Source: Candidatus Rokuibacteriota bacterium (GTDB taxonomy: Bacteria > Methylomirabilota > Methylomirabilia > Rokubacteriales > DASRDR01). Taken from it: DNA of 42,537 nt. A program made the position numbers and the translations under genes. The stretch is from contig JBIOTN010000211.1 of assembly GCA_044866005.1 (NCBI GenBank), positions 1 to 42,537 of the forward strand, in the 5' to 3' direction. Below are positions 10,522 to 19,286 of the stretch, in pieces. The stretch's first letter is position 1; each line of letters starts with the position of its first letter. The notes below the pieces were generated by a model. That model was not told where the DNA came from and did not search any database. It saw only the letters and a list, made by a program, of their open reading frames with translations.

Positions 10522-10533
10522 CGCCAACAGCAT

Positions 10534-10562
10534 AGTATACCGTGGCGGGTCGAGCGGGGGAA
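10534..10562 (-). promoter_or_regulatory. Sigma70-type promoter for rimP-nusA-infB operon
   Basis: TTCCCC-17 nt-TATACT on minus strand; good -10, weak -35. Confidence 0.55.
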
Positions 10563-10575
10563 CCCCGGGGTTTTC

Positions 10576-10672
10576 CTTTCGGAGGGGGACTCCCGTCCCC
10601 CGGAGAATGCCCTCGCGGCACAGCCGCGGCGTTCGCCCTTCGGCGAACGCATCGGGCCTGCCTCCCCCCGGG
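10576..10672. repeat. Family A structured intergenic repeat, full copy (reverse orientation)
   Basis: Reverse complement reads GGGGGGAGGCAGGCCCGA-T-GCGTTCGCC-GAAG-GGCGAACGC-CGCGGC-TGT-GCCGCG...GTCCCCCTCCGAAAG; 2 nt from proS stop. Confidence 0.88.
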
Positions 10673-10674
10673 AC

Positions 10675-12381
10675 CTAGGGATTCGCGGTGAGCGTTGCGG
10701 CGAGCTCCTTGACGGAGGAGACGACTTCGTCGGGCGGGACCTTGGTATCGCGGCGCTCGCGGCGGGCGCGGACCTCCACCCGCCCTTCCTTGCCCAGGAG
10801 GGCGCCGACCGTGACGCGGATCGGGAGGCCGAGCAGGTCGGCGTCCTTGAACTTGACGCCGGGACGCTCGTCCCGATCGTCCAGCAGGACGTCGAACCCC
10901 GCCCCCGTGAGCTCGCGGTCGAGGCGCTCGGCGGTCTCGAGCACGGGACGGTCCTTCACGTTCACCGGCAGGACGTGGACCTGGCACGGGGCGATCGACC
11001 ACGGCCAGACGATGCCGTCCGTGTCGTGACGCTGCTCGATGGCGGCCGCGGCGATCCGGGCCGGCCCGATCCCGTACGAGCCCATCACGATCGGCCGCTC
11101 CTGGCCGCGCTCGTCCAGGTACATCGCCCGGAGCGGCACCGAGTACTTCGTGCCGAGCTTGAAGATGTTCCCGACCTCGATCACGCGCTCGACCCGAAGC
11201 GGCGCACCGCAGCGCGGGCAGCCCTCACCGCCCTGGGCGACGTGGAGGTCGAGGTATTTGGCCGTGAAGTCGCGCCCCGGCCGCACCCCGGTCCAGTGGA
11301 CGCCTTCCCGGTTCGCGCCGCAGACGTACGCACCCTCCCGGAGCGCCTCGTCCGCCAGGATCGGCAGGGTGACCCCGACGGGCCCGACCGAGCCCACGGG
11401 CGCGCCGAGCGCCTCCCGCACCTCGTCCGGGTGCGCCGGGCGGACCTCGCCGCCGACGGCGCGGGCGAGCTTCTTCTCGTGGAGTTGCTGGTCGCCCCGG
11501 ACCAGGGCCAGCACCGGCCCGCTCCCGCCGAGGTAGACGAGCGTCTTGATGGTTGCGGTCGGGTCGATCCGCAGGAGCGCGCAGACGTCGGCGATCGTCC
11601 GGACGTTCGGCGTCGGCAGCTCGGCGCGGGCGGCCGGCGCCTCGGGAGACGTCGCGGCGACGGGGCGGGAGCCGGCAAGCTCGATGTTTGCGGCGTAGCC
11701 GCACGCCAGACAGAGCGCGATCTCGTCCTCTCCGGCGGGGCTCGGGGCCATGAACTCGTGCGCACCGGCGCCCCCCATCATCCCGGGGTCGGACTCCACG
11801 ACGTGGACGGCCACGCCGCAGCGGCGGAAGATCCGCACGTAGGCCTCCTTGTGCAGCTCGTAGGCCTTGGCGAGACCCGCCTCGTCCACGTCCAGGGTGT
11901 AGGAGTCCTTCATCCAGAACTCGCGCGTGCGGAGGACCCCGGAGCGCGGTCGCGCCTCGTCCCGCTCCTTGGTCTGGATCTGATACCAGATCTGCGGCAG
12001 CTCGCGGTAGGAGCGGATCTCCCTGGCGGCCAGCCACGCCACGACCTCCTCGTGAGTCATCCCGAGGCACATGTCGCGTCCGTGGCGGTCTCGCAGGCGG
12101 AACATCTCGTCCTTGATGTCGACCCAGCGCCCCGACTGCTGCCACAGCTCGGCCGGGTGGAGCACCGGCATCGTGATCTCCTGGCCCCCGATGCCGTTCA
12201 TCTCCTCGCGGATGATCGCGTTGATCCGGTCGATGACGCGCTGGCCGAGGGGCAGGTAGACGTAGATGCCGGCGGTGAGCTGGCGGACCAGTCCGGCGCG
12301 GACCATGAGGCGGTGGCTCGTCGCCTCCGCGTCGGCGGGATCCTCGCGGAGGGTCGGGATGAAGGACTTACTCCACCGCAT
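10675..12381 (-). CDS. proS: Proline--tRNA ligase (bacterial type with INS editing domain)
   Basis: MRWSKSFIPTLREDP, SHRLMVRAG, MTHEE, KERDEARPRSGVLRTREF, IEVGNIFKLGTKYS, MGSYGIG. Confidence 0.98.
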   Translation of the reverse strand: MRWSKSFIPTLREDPADAEATSHRLMVRAGLVRQLTAGIYVYLPLGQRVIDRINAIIREEMNGIGGQEITMPVLHPAELWQQSGRWVDIKDEMFRLRDRHGRDMCLGMTHEEVVAWLAAREIRSYRELPQIWYQIQTKERDEARPRSGVLRTREFWMKDSYTLDVDEAGLAKAYELHKEAYVRIFRRCGVAVHVVESDPGMMGGAGAHEFMAPSPAGEDEIALCLACGYAANIELAGSRPVAATSPEAPAARAELPTPNVRTIADVCALLRIDPTATIKTLVYLGGSGPVLALVRGDQQLHEKKLARAVGGEVRPAHPDEVREALGAPVGSVGPVGVTLPILADEALREGAYVCGANREGVHWTGVRPGRDFTAKYLDLHVAQGGEGCPRCGAPLRVERVIEVGNIFKLGTKYSVPLRAMYLDERGQERPIVMGSYGIGPARIAAAAIEQRHDTDGIVWPWSIAPCQVHVLPVNVKDRPVLETAERLDRELTGAGFDVLLDDRDERPGVKFKDADLLGLPIRVTVGALLGKEGRVEVRARRERRDTKVPPDEVVSSVKELAATLTANP

Positions 12382-12415
12382 CGCGGATCGCCCACGCCCC
12401 GGGACGACAGGTCGC

Positions 12416-12539
12416 GGCCCGGGCCGAGACCCCAGCACCGGTAGGACGCAGGGAGGAGGGCCGTCGAGGCGTACGCCGCATACGTTGAGGCGGTCCGACG
12501 ACCGAGGACGACCCGGGGCGACGGGTATCGGGCCGGGCC
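12416..12539. repeat. Family B intergenic repeat (MITE-like), copy 2
   Basis: TAGGACGCAGGG...GAGGCGTACGCCGCATACGTTGAGG...GGACGACCCGGGGCGACGGG; ~17-nt imperfect terminal inverted repeats; abuts ispG stop. Confidence 0.85.
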
Positions 12540-14774
12540 CTAGTCGTCGCCGCGAGCCGCCTGCTCTGCCGCCTCCCGCTCGGCGAGGAAGATCTGGGCC
12601 TCCTCCCACAGGGCGTCCACGATCTGGGACTCCGGGACCTTGCGCACGACCTCGCCCTTGCGGAAGATCAGGCCGATCCCGCGACCGCCCGCGACCCCCA
12701 CGTCCGCCCCGCGCGCCTCGCCGGGCCCGTTCACCTCGCAGTTGTGCAGGACGGCGCCGGGGACGGCGAAGGAGTGCGCGCCGGCGACCTCCAGGTTGAA
12801 GACGCAGCCGGCATGGGAGACGCGGCGCACGGCACGGATGCCGACGTAGAGCGCATGCTCGTCCAGCAGAACCTGTCCGGTGTCGGGGGCGCCCGCCGCT
12901 CCCGGCGCCGCCGCCCGCCCGAGCACCTGGTCGAGCCGCGCCAGCGCCGGTCGGGCGGTGACGGACACGATCCAGTTCCGCTGGGGTCCCGTCTGCTCCC
13001 GAGGATGGAGAAACGCCGGGATGCCGAGGCGCAGCGCGATCTGATGGACCTGGGCCCCCAGGATGCGAGACGACGTGCAATAGGTGGCTCGCGCGTATCC
13101 CCGCACCCGGCCGCAGTAGCCGTCGCCCTCCCACAAGGCGCGGAGGAGCGCCTCCTGCTTCGCGTGAGGAAGCCGCAGCATCCATTCGGGGAGGCGCTTG
13201 GCGGTCGCGCCGTGCCCGAACAGGCCGTCCAGGAGTCGACCGAGCGCGAGCGAGTGTGAGATCACCTCGGTCGTGTGTCGCCGTCGCGCGATCGCCGACC
13301 GCAGACCCAGCCGGGCGAGAATGCCCTGGAGCCGCTCGACGTAGGGCACTTCACGCTCGTGAAAGGAGAAGAACTGCTGGTATGGCTTCCCGCCCTTGCC
13401 GGACACTACGCCCTCCGCCAGGTAGTATCCGCTCAGGGTCAGGAAATCCTCGTCCACCGGGACGACGCCCAGCCCTTCGGCGATAAGCGTGGCCCGGTCC
13501 TCCTTTTCCTGGAGCACCGGGTGCACCAGTACCCAGCCGGCTTCCAATTCGCCCGCCGCGATCCAGCGCGGTGTGACGCCGCTTTCCACTATCCGGCGCA
13601 CGTGGAGCCGCTTCTCCCGCCCGGCCTTACGCCGGGAGGGCCGCGGCATGGCCAGCACCGGATGGTTCGGCGTCAACCGAAACGGCTCGAAGCCGGTCGG
13701 ACGGACCTCGATGAGCTCGTCGCGGTAGGGGCGATGCGTGGTCCAGAGCACCTTCTGAAACGTGCCGTCGTGCGTGAGGACGGCGTCGCCCTCTTCCACC
13801 GCCTCGATCGGCTTCGGCCCTTCGCGGGTGAGGACCGGCTCGCCGGGCGGCAGGCACCCCATCACGGCGACGTGGACGTTCTTGTTCAGCCCGGCCAGCC
13901 GCTTCTCGACGCCGGCCGCCAGGCCCACCAGGTCCACGTCCATCCGCCCGCAGCCCGGGCACGAGACGAAGGTGATCCCCTGCGTCCGGAGGCCGAGCGC
14001 CTTCAGGATCTCGATGCCGACCCGGACCTCCTCGACGGGATCCGCGGAGAGCGAGACGCGGATCGTGTCGCCGATACCTTCGGCGAGGAGAGTCCCGATG
14101 CCGACCGAGGACTTGATCGCGCCGATCGTCGGCGTGCCGGCCTCGGTCACGCCGAGGTGGAAGGGGTAGTCCACGCGGTCGGCGAGCAACCGGTAGGCCT
14201 CGATCATCATCGCCGGATCGGAGGCCTTCAACGAGATCTTCATCTCGGGATAGCCGCAGTCCTCGAGGATCCGGATGTGCCGGAGCGCCGAATCCACCAT
14301 CCCACGGGCGGTCGGGCCGTTGTCCCGGGCCAGGAGGTCCTTCTCCAGCGATCCCGCGTTGACGCCGATGCGGATCGGAATCCGTCGCTCCTTCGCGAGA
14401 TTCACGATCTCCATGACGAACTGCTTGCCCCCGATGTTGCCGGGGTTCAGCCGGAGGCCGTCCACGCCCTGATCGAGCGCGATCAAGGCGAGCTTGTAGT
14501 TGAAGTGGATGTCGGCCACCAGCGGGATGCGGATCTGCTTCTTGATGGCCGCGAGCTTCTCCGCGGCTTCCCTGACCGGGACGGCCACCCGCACGATCTC
14601 GCAGCCCGCGGCCTCGAGCGCCCAGATCTGATCCACGGTGGCGGCGACGTCCCGCGTGTCCGTCTTGGTCATCGACTGGACGGTGACCGGGGCGTCGCCG
14701 CCCACCTTGATCTTGCCGAGCTGGATCTGGCGGGTCCGGCGCCGGGTTCCGAGGCCGTTGGCGGTGATGGTCAT
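12540..14774 (-). CDS. ispG: (E)-4-hydroxy-3-methylbut-2-enyl-diphosphate synthase IspG/GcpE, intein-containing precursor (744 aa; 372 aa after splicing)
   Basis: VQSMTKTDT, ADIHF, LRLNPGNIG, RIGVNAGSL, HLGVTEAG, GIGDTIRVSL, SCPGCGR, AVMG[intein]CEVNGPGEA. Confidence 0.97.
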   Translation of the reverse strand: MTITANGLGTRRRTRQIQLGKIKVGGDAPVTVQSMTKTDTRDVAATVDQIWALEAAGCEIVRVAVPVREAAEKLAAIKKQIRIPLVADIHFNYKLALIALDQGVDGLRLNPGNIGGKQFVMEIVNLAKERRIPIRIGVNAGSLEKDLLARDNGPTARGMVDSALRHIRILEDCGYPEMKISLKASDPAMMIEAYRLLADRVDYPFHLGVTEAGTPTIGAIKSSVGIGTLLAEGIGDTIRVSLSADPVEEVRVGIEILKALGLRTQGITFVSCPGCGRMDVDLVGLAAGVEKRLAGLNKNVHVAVMGCLPPGEPVLTREGPKPIEAVEEGDAVLTHDGTFQKVLWTTHRPYRDELIEVRPTGFEPFRLTPNHPVLAMPRPSRRKAGREKRLHVRRIVESGVTPRWIAAGELEAGWVLVHPVLQEKEDRATLIAEGLGVVPVDEDFLTLSGYYLAEGVVSGKGGKPYQQFFSFHEREVPYVERLQGILARLGLRSAIARRRHTTEVISHSLALGRLLDGLFGHGATAKRLPEWMLRLPHAKQEALLRALWEGDGYCGRVRGYARATYCTSSRILGAQVHQIALRLGIPAFLHPREQTGPQRNWIVSVTARPALARLDQVLGRAAAPGAAGAPDTGQVLLDEHALYVGIRAVRRVSHAGCVFNLEVAGAHSFAVPGAVLHNCEVNGPGEARGADVGVAGGRGIGLIFRKGEVVRKVPESQIVDALWEEAQIFLAEREAAEQAARGDD
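12741..13856 (-). mobile_element. Intein with LAGLIDADG homing endonuclease in ispG (372 aa)
   Basis: Block A CLPPGEPVLTREG; block B LTPNHPVL (TxxH); endonuclease motifs SGYYLAEG and RALWEGDG; block H TSSRILGAQVHQIALRLGI; block F VFNLEVAGAHSF; C-terminal VLHN followed by Cys+1; removal restores AVMGCEVNGPGE. Confidence 0.96.
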
Positions 14775-14782
14775 GCGGGCCC

Positions 14783-16249
14783 CTATCTGAAGATGTTGCC
14801 GATGGAGGGAAGCCGCAGCAAGTCGTTGCCGAGCGCGAAGACCATGAGCAGCAGCAGCAGGGCCAGCCCGACCTGCTGCGCGATCTCTCGCTTCCGCACC
14901 GACAGCGGCCGGCCGAGCACGGCCTCGATGGCGAAGAACAGGAGGTGGCCCCCGTCGAGCATGGGGACCGGGAGCAGGTTCAGGACGGCGAGGTTGATGC
15001 TGATGATCGCCACGGAGAACGCGTAGGCGAGCAGGCCCTGCTCCGCCGCCTGGCCGACCATCACGCCGATCTGGAGGGGGCCCCCGATCTGCGAGGTCGG
15101 GATGACCCGGGTGACCAGCTTCCACAGCGACACGGCCGTGATGATCGAGAATTCCCAGGTCTTGCGGACGCCCTCGCGCACGGCGGCGACGGGATTGAGC
15201 GGGAAGTACTCCTGCCCGAGCGCCGGGGTGACGCCGATGCGACCCACCGGCCCCTCCGGCTCGGTCTCCACGCTCGGTGTGACGGCGACCGTCCGCGACT
15301 CTCCGCCACGCTGGATCGTGAGGGTGACGTTCTGGCCGGGCAGCCTGGAGATCTGGTCCTTCAGCTCGTCCCAGGTCTGGATGGGCTGGCCATTGACCGC
15401 GAGCACCCGGTCGCCCGGACGGAGGCCCGCCTCGCTCGCGGGGCGGCCCCGCAGCACGTCGCCCAGGACGGGCGCGATGTATGCCTCGGTGCCGAGGCTC
15501 CACGTCTCGGTCGGCTCGCCGAAGGGCGTGCGCGCCGGGATCCGCTGGGGAACCAGTCGGACCTCGCGCCGCCCGCCGTCCCGCTCGACGGCGAGGGTGA
15601 GCGGCCGCCCCTCCGAGCGGGCGACCCGCTCCTCGACCTCACGCCAGTGCCGGACCCGATGGCCGTCCACCGAGATGATCGTGTCGCCGAGGGCGAGCCC
15701 CACCTGCTGCGCGGCCGAGCCCGGCGGGACGCGTCCGATGATCGGCGGGAACCCCGGGACGCCGACCGCAGCGAAGGCGGCCGAGAAGATGGCGGCGGCG
15801 AGGACGAAGTTCATGGCGGGACCCGCGAAGACGATCAAGGCGCGCGTCCAGAGCGGCTTGAGGGCGAACGATTTCGCCGGGTCGGCGCGGACCTCGCGCG
15901 ACGCGGCCGTGGCCGGGTGGATCGCCTCCTCGCCGTGGGCCTCCTCGCCGACCATCTTCACGTAGCCGCCGAGGGGCACCGCGGAGACGCAATACTCCGT
16001 CTCGCCGCGACGCAGCGACCACAGCCGCGGCCCGAAGCCGAGCGAGAAGCGCTCCACGCCGACCCCCGTGCCCTTCGCCACCAAAAAATGCCCCAGCTCG
16101 TGGATGAAGATGAGGATGCCGAGGGCGATGATGGCGCTGGCCCACTTGGCAGCCTGGGCGGCGGCGCCGGTGCCGAGGAGGTCCGCGAAGAGGCCGCCAT
16201 CGGCGAGCGTGACGGCCAGGAGCAGCGCCGCGGCGCCGGCCCCGATCAC
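14783..16249 (-). CDS. rseP: RIP metalloprotease RseP (two PDZ domains)
   Basis: IFIHELGHF (HExxH), FSLGFGP, PLGGYVKM, AGPAMNF, NLLPVPMLDGG; GTG overlaps dxr stop. Confidence 0.96.
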   Translation of the reverse strand: MIGAGAAALLLAVTLADGGLFADLLGTGAAAQAAKWASAIIALGILIFIHELGHFLVAKGTGVGVERFSLGFGPRLWSLRRGETEYCVSAVPLGGYVKMVGEEAHGEEAIHPATAASREVRADPAKSFALKPLWTRALIVFAGPAMNFVLAAAIFSAAFAAVGVPGFPPIIGRVPPGSAAQQVGLALGDTIISVDGHRVRHWREVEERVARSEGRPLTLAVERDGGRREVRLVPQRIPARTPFGEPTETWSLGTEAYIAPVLGDVLRGRPASEAGLRPGDRVLAVNGQPIQTWDELKDQISRLPGQNVTLTIQRGGESRTVAVTPSVETEPEGPVGRIGVTPALGQEYFPLNPVAAVREGVRKTWEFSIITAVSLWKLVTRVIPTSQIGGPLQIGVMVGQAAEQGLLAYAFSVAIISINLAVLNLLPVPMLDGGHLLFFAIEAVLGRPLSVRKREIAQQVGLALLLLLMVFALGNDLLRLPSIGNIFR

Positions 16250-17415
16250 GCCGTCACCCCCGCGCCGGCGAGCGCCGCTAGCGTCCAGCATCGGACCTCG
16301 GCGTCGACCCCGAGACAGCTCTCCAGGTCATCGGCCCGCGCGGCCGCGTGGGCGTCGAGCGCCCGCCCGATCAGACGCGGAATGTCCGCGAAGCCACACC
16401 GGCCCTCCAGGAACGCGCCCACGGCGACCTCGTTCGCGGCGTTGAGGACCACGGGCGCCGCGCCGCCGGCCAGGCCGGCCTGGCGCGCCAGCTCCAGGCA
16501 GGGGAAGCGCGCCGGGTCCGGCGCGTGGAAGGTGAGGGCGCCCACCTTGACGAGGTCCAGGGCGGGCGCCGGGCACGGCAGCCGCTCGGGGTAGCTCAGG
16601 GCGTAGAGGATCGGAATCCCCATGTCCGGCATGCCGAGCTGCGCGAGGACCGAGCCGTCGACGAACTCCACCATCGAGTGGACGATGGACTGCGGGTGGA
16701 CCACGACGTCGACGCGCTCGTACGGCGTCCCGAAGAGCCAGTGCGCCTCGATCACCTCGAGCCCCTTGTTCATGAGCGTGGCGGAGTCGATGGTGATCTT
16801 CGCGCCCATCCGCCACGTGGGGTGCTGGAGCGCCTCGGCGAGGGTCACGCGCTCCAGCGCGTCGCGCGAGAGCTGCGCGAACGGCCCGCCGGAGGCGGTG
16901 AGGATGAGCCGCTTCACCTCCGCCCGCTGCCCCCCGGCCAGGCACTGGAAGATCGCGCTGTGCTCGGAATCGACGGGCAGGAGGGTCACGCCGTGCGCGT
17001 GGGCGGCCGCCGTCATGAGGGCGCCCGCCATCACCAGCGTCTCCTTGTTCGCCAGGGCGACCGTGCGGCCCGCGCGGATGGCGGCGAGCGTCGGAAGCAG
17101 CCCGGCGCCGCCCACGAGCGCCGAGAGAACGATGTCGGCCGGCAGGTCCCGGGCCAGCGCGACGAGCCCGTCAGCGCCCGCCAGCAGCTCCGGGCACGGC
17201 CGAGGCAGTTCCCGCCGCAGTCGATCCACGGCGGCCGGATCGAGCAGCGCCACCGCGTCGGGCCGATGCAGCCGGATCTCCTCGGTGAGGACCGCCAGGT
17301 TCGAGCCTCGGGCAGCGAGCCCGGTGACGCGGAAGCGATCAGGGAACTGCGCGACCAGCTCGAGGGTCCGTCGACCGACCGAACCGGTGGCGCCGAGCAC
17401 GGTGATGGCTTTCAC
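16246..17415 (-). CDS. dxr: 1-deoxy-D-xylulose-5-phosphate reductoisomerase
   Basis: LGATGSVG, LANKETLV, PVDSEHSAIFQ, LTASGGPF, HPTWRMGAKITIDSATLMNKGLE. Confidence 0.98.
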   Translation of the reverse strand: MKAITVLGATGSVGRRTLELVAQFPDRFRVTGLAARGSNLAVLTEEIRLHRPDAVALLDPAAVDRLRRELPRPCPELLAGADGLVALARDLPADIVLSALVGGAGLLPTLAAIRAGRTVALANKETLVMAGALMTAAAHAHGVTLLPVDSEHSAIFQCLAGGQRAEVKRLILTASGGPFAQLSRDALERVTLAEALQHPTWRMGAKITIDSATLMNKGLEVIEAHWLFGTPYERVDVVVHPQSIVHSMVEFVDGSVLAQLGMPDMGIPILYALSYPERLPCPAPALDLVKVGALTFHAPDPARFPCLELARQAGLAGGAAPVVLNAANEVAVGAFLEGRCGFADIPRLIGRALDAHAAARADDLESCLGVDAEVRCWTLAALAGAGVTA

Positions 17416-17437
17416 TCGTTCGCCGTCTCCGGGAGCA

Positions 17438-18286
17438 TCACGTGGGGCTCGAAAAAAGCTTCACATAATAATACAGGGCCGGCAGGTTGAAGAGCAAGGA
17501 GTCCAGGCGGTCGAGCAGGCCACCGTGTCCCGGGATGAGGCCACTGGCGTCCTTCGTCGCGGCGCTCCGCTTGAGGAACGACTCGGCGAGGTCGCCCACC
17601 TGACCGAGGACGCCCAGGGTCACCCCGATGCCGAGCGCGTGGCTGACCGTCACCAGATCGGGGATCACGGCCACGAGCGCGGCAGCGACAGAGGCGGCCA
17701 GCTGCGCCGCCGCGCCCTCGATCGTCTTCGCGGGGCTGATCCGAGGCGCGAGCTTGCGCCGGCCCCAGCGCCTGCCCACGAAGTAGGCGGCGGTCTCGCC
17801 GCACCACGTGACGCCGAGCGCGAACAGCAGTAAGGCCGGACCGTCCGGCAGGGCGCGCAGCCAGATCGCGTGGCCGAGGAGCCACGCGCAGTAACAGATG
17901 CCCAGCAGCGTCAGGGCGATGCCGGCCGAGTTGAGGGTCGGCCCGTCCGCCCGCCCGAAGCCGGAGACCAGGCAGCCACCCACGGCGAGCGAGAGCGCCA
18001 GGGGAACCGCCCACGGCCGCCCGGGCCCGGCGGCGAAGGCGAGCAGCACGACGGCGCCGAGCGCGAGGCCAGGGCCGAGCTCCGCGTGGACCCCCACGCG
18101 CCCGAACATCCGGTAGAGCTCCCACTGCCCGACCAGCACGAGCCCCAGGATCACGCTCACGAAGAGCCAGCGCGGCGAGAACCACACGACCACCACCAGC
18201 ACCGGGACCGCGATCACTGCGATCAGCAGTCGCTTGCCCAGCACGCGGTCGGCCACCCGCTCGCCCCCCGACCGCGGCGCGGTCAC
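17438..18286 (-). CDS. cdsA: Phosphatidate cytidylyltransferase
   Basis: Multi-TM; LAPRISPAKTIEG, GDLAESFLKR, KDASGLIPGHGGLLDRLDS; exact start uncertain. Confidence 0.95.
   Translation of the reverse strand: MTAPRSGGERVADRVLGKRLLIAVIAVPVLVVVVWFSPRWLFVSVILGLVLVGQWELYRMFGRVGVHAELGPGLALGAVVLLAFAAGPGRPWAVPLALSLAVGGCLVSGFGRADGPTLNSAGIALTLLGICYCAWLLGHAIWLRALPDGPALLLFALGVTWCGETAAYFVGRRWGRRKLAPRISPAKTIEGAAAQLAASVAAALVAVIPDLVTVSHALGIGVTLGVLGQVGDLAESFLKRSAATKDASGLIPGHGGLLDRLDSLLFNLPALYYYVKLFSSPT
17468..17497 (-). promoter_or_regulatory. Candidate internal promoter for dxr-rseP-ispG inside cdsA 3' end
   Basis: TTGCTC-18 nt-TATTAT within unusual AT-rich codons TAT TAT TAT GTG AAG CTT TTT. Confidence 0.4.
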
Positions 18287-18387
18287 ACCCCGCCGTGCGA
18301 CGCGCGGGCGAGAATTCCTGGATCCAATGCGCCTCCGTGCGCGGCGCGACAGACGCCGCCATCATCTCGATCGGCCGCGCGGTCGAT

Positions 18388-18485
18388 CCGAAGCGCTTCG
18401 AGCGCGGGCTTTGCCCGCGGCCCACCCACCCGGCCCGAAGAGGTAGGGGAGGAATCGGAGGGGGGGCAGCGCCCCCCTTCGAAAC
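18388..18485. repeat. Family A repeat, variant A2
   Basis: CCGAAGCGCT...CGCGGGCTTTGCCCGCG...ATCGGAGGGGGGGCAGCGCCCCCCTTCGAA; abuts uppS stop; resembles 38428-38511. Confidence 0.8.
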
Positions 18486-19286
18486 TTATAAGCCGCCGAA
18501 GCGGCGCGTCCTCCGCTGATAGTCCGCCACCGCGAGGTACAGATCGCGGGGCCCGAAGTCCGGCCAGAGCGTCGGCAGGACGAGGAGCTCGGTGTAGGCG
18601 ACCTGCCAGAGGAGGAAGTTCGAGAGACGAAACTCGCCGCTCGTCCGGATGAGGAGGTCCGGGTCCGGGACCCCCGCGGTGTCGAGGGCTTCCCCGATGG
18701 CGCCCTCGTCGATCGCCTCGGCGGAGAGATCGCCCCGCGCGACCCGCGCGGCGATGGCGCGAACCGCGCGGACGAGCTCGCGCCGGCCGCCGTAATTGAG
18801 CGCGATCAGCAGGGTGAGCCCCGTGTTCGACTCGGTCGCGCCGACGGCGCGCCGGATGCTCTGCCGGACACCCGCGTCGAGGGACGCCGTCTCGCCGAGG
18901 ATCCGCAGGCGGACGTTGTTCCGCACGAGCTCGGGCAGCTCCTCGTCCACCGAGCTCTCCAGGAGCCGCATGAGGAAATCCACCTCCGCAGCGGGGCGCG
19001 CCCAGTTCTCGGACGAGAACGCGTAGAGGGTCAGGTACGAGATGCCGACGCGGCTGGCGGCCCGCACGGCCGTTCGCGCCGCCTTGACGCCCTCCCGGTG
19101 GCCGGCGATCCGCGGCAGGTTCCGGGCCGCGGCCCAGCGCCCGTTGCCGTCCATGATGATGGCGACGTGGCGGGGGAGCGGCTGCGCCCGGAGGGCGTCG
19201 CGCAGCTCGCCGTCGGCTTCGGGGGTCGCGGCCGTGAGCTCGCCGGCCGCGGGAGGCTGGTCCCCGGCCGACCGCGGGGCCGTCAA
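18486..19286 (-). CDS. uppS: Undecaprenyl diphosphate synthase (isoprenyl transferase)
   Basis: PRHVAIIMDGNGRWA, LYAFSSENW, NYGGRRE, PDPDLLIRTSGEFRLSNFLLWQ; TTG overlaps frr stop. Confidence 0.97.
   Translation of the reverse strand: MTAPRSAGDQPPAAGELTAATPEADGELRDALRAQPLPRHVAIIMDGNGRWAAARNLPRIAGHREGVKAARTAVRAASRVGISYLTLYAFSSENWARPAAEVDFLMRLLESSVDEELPELVRNNVRLRILGETASLDAGVRQSIRRAVGATESNTGLTLLIALNYGGRRELVRAVRAIAARVARGDLSAEAIDEGAIGEALDTAGVPDPDLLIRTSGEFRLSNFLLWQVAYTELLVLPTLWPDFGPRDLYLAVADYQRRTRRFGGL

Noticed and set aside
18260..19286. cdsA and uppS both predicted to begin MTAPRS
   Set aside because: Short GC-rich similarity, start sites uncertain; likely coincidence
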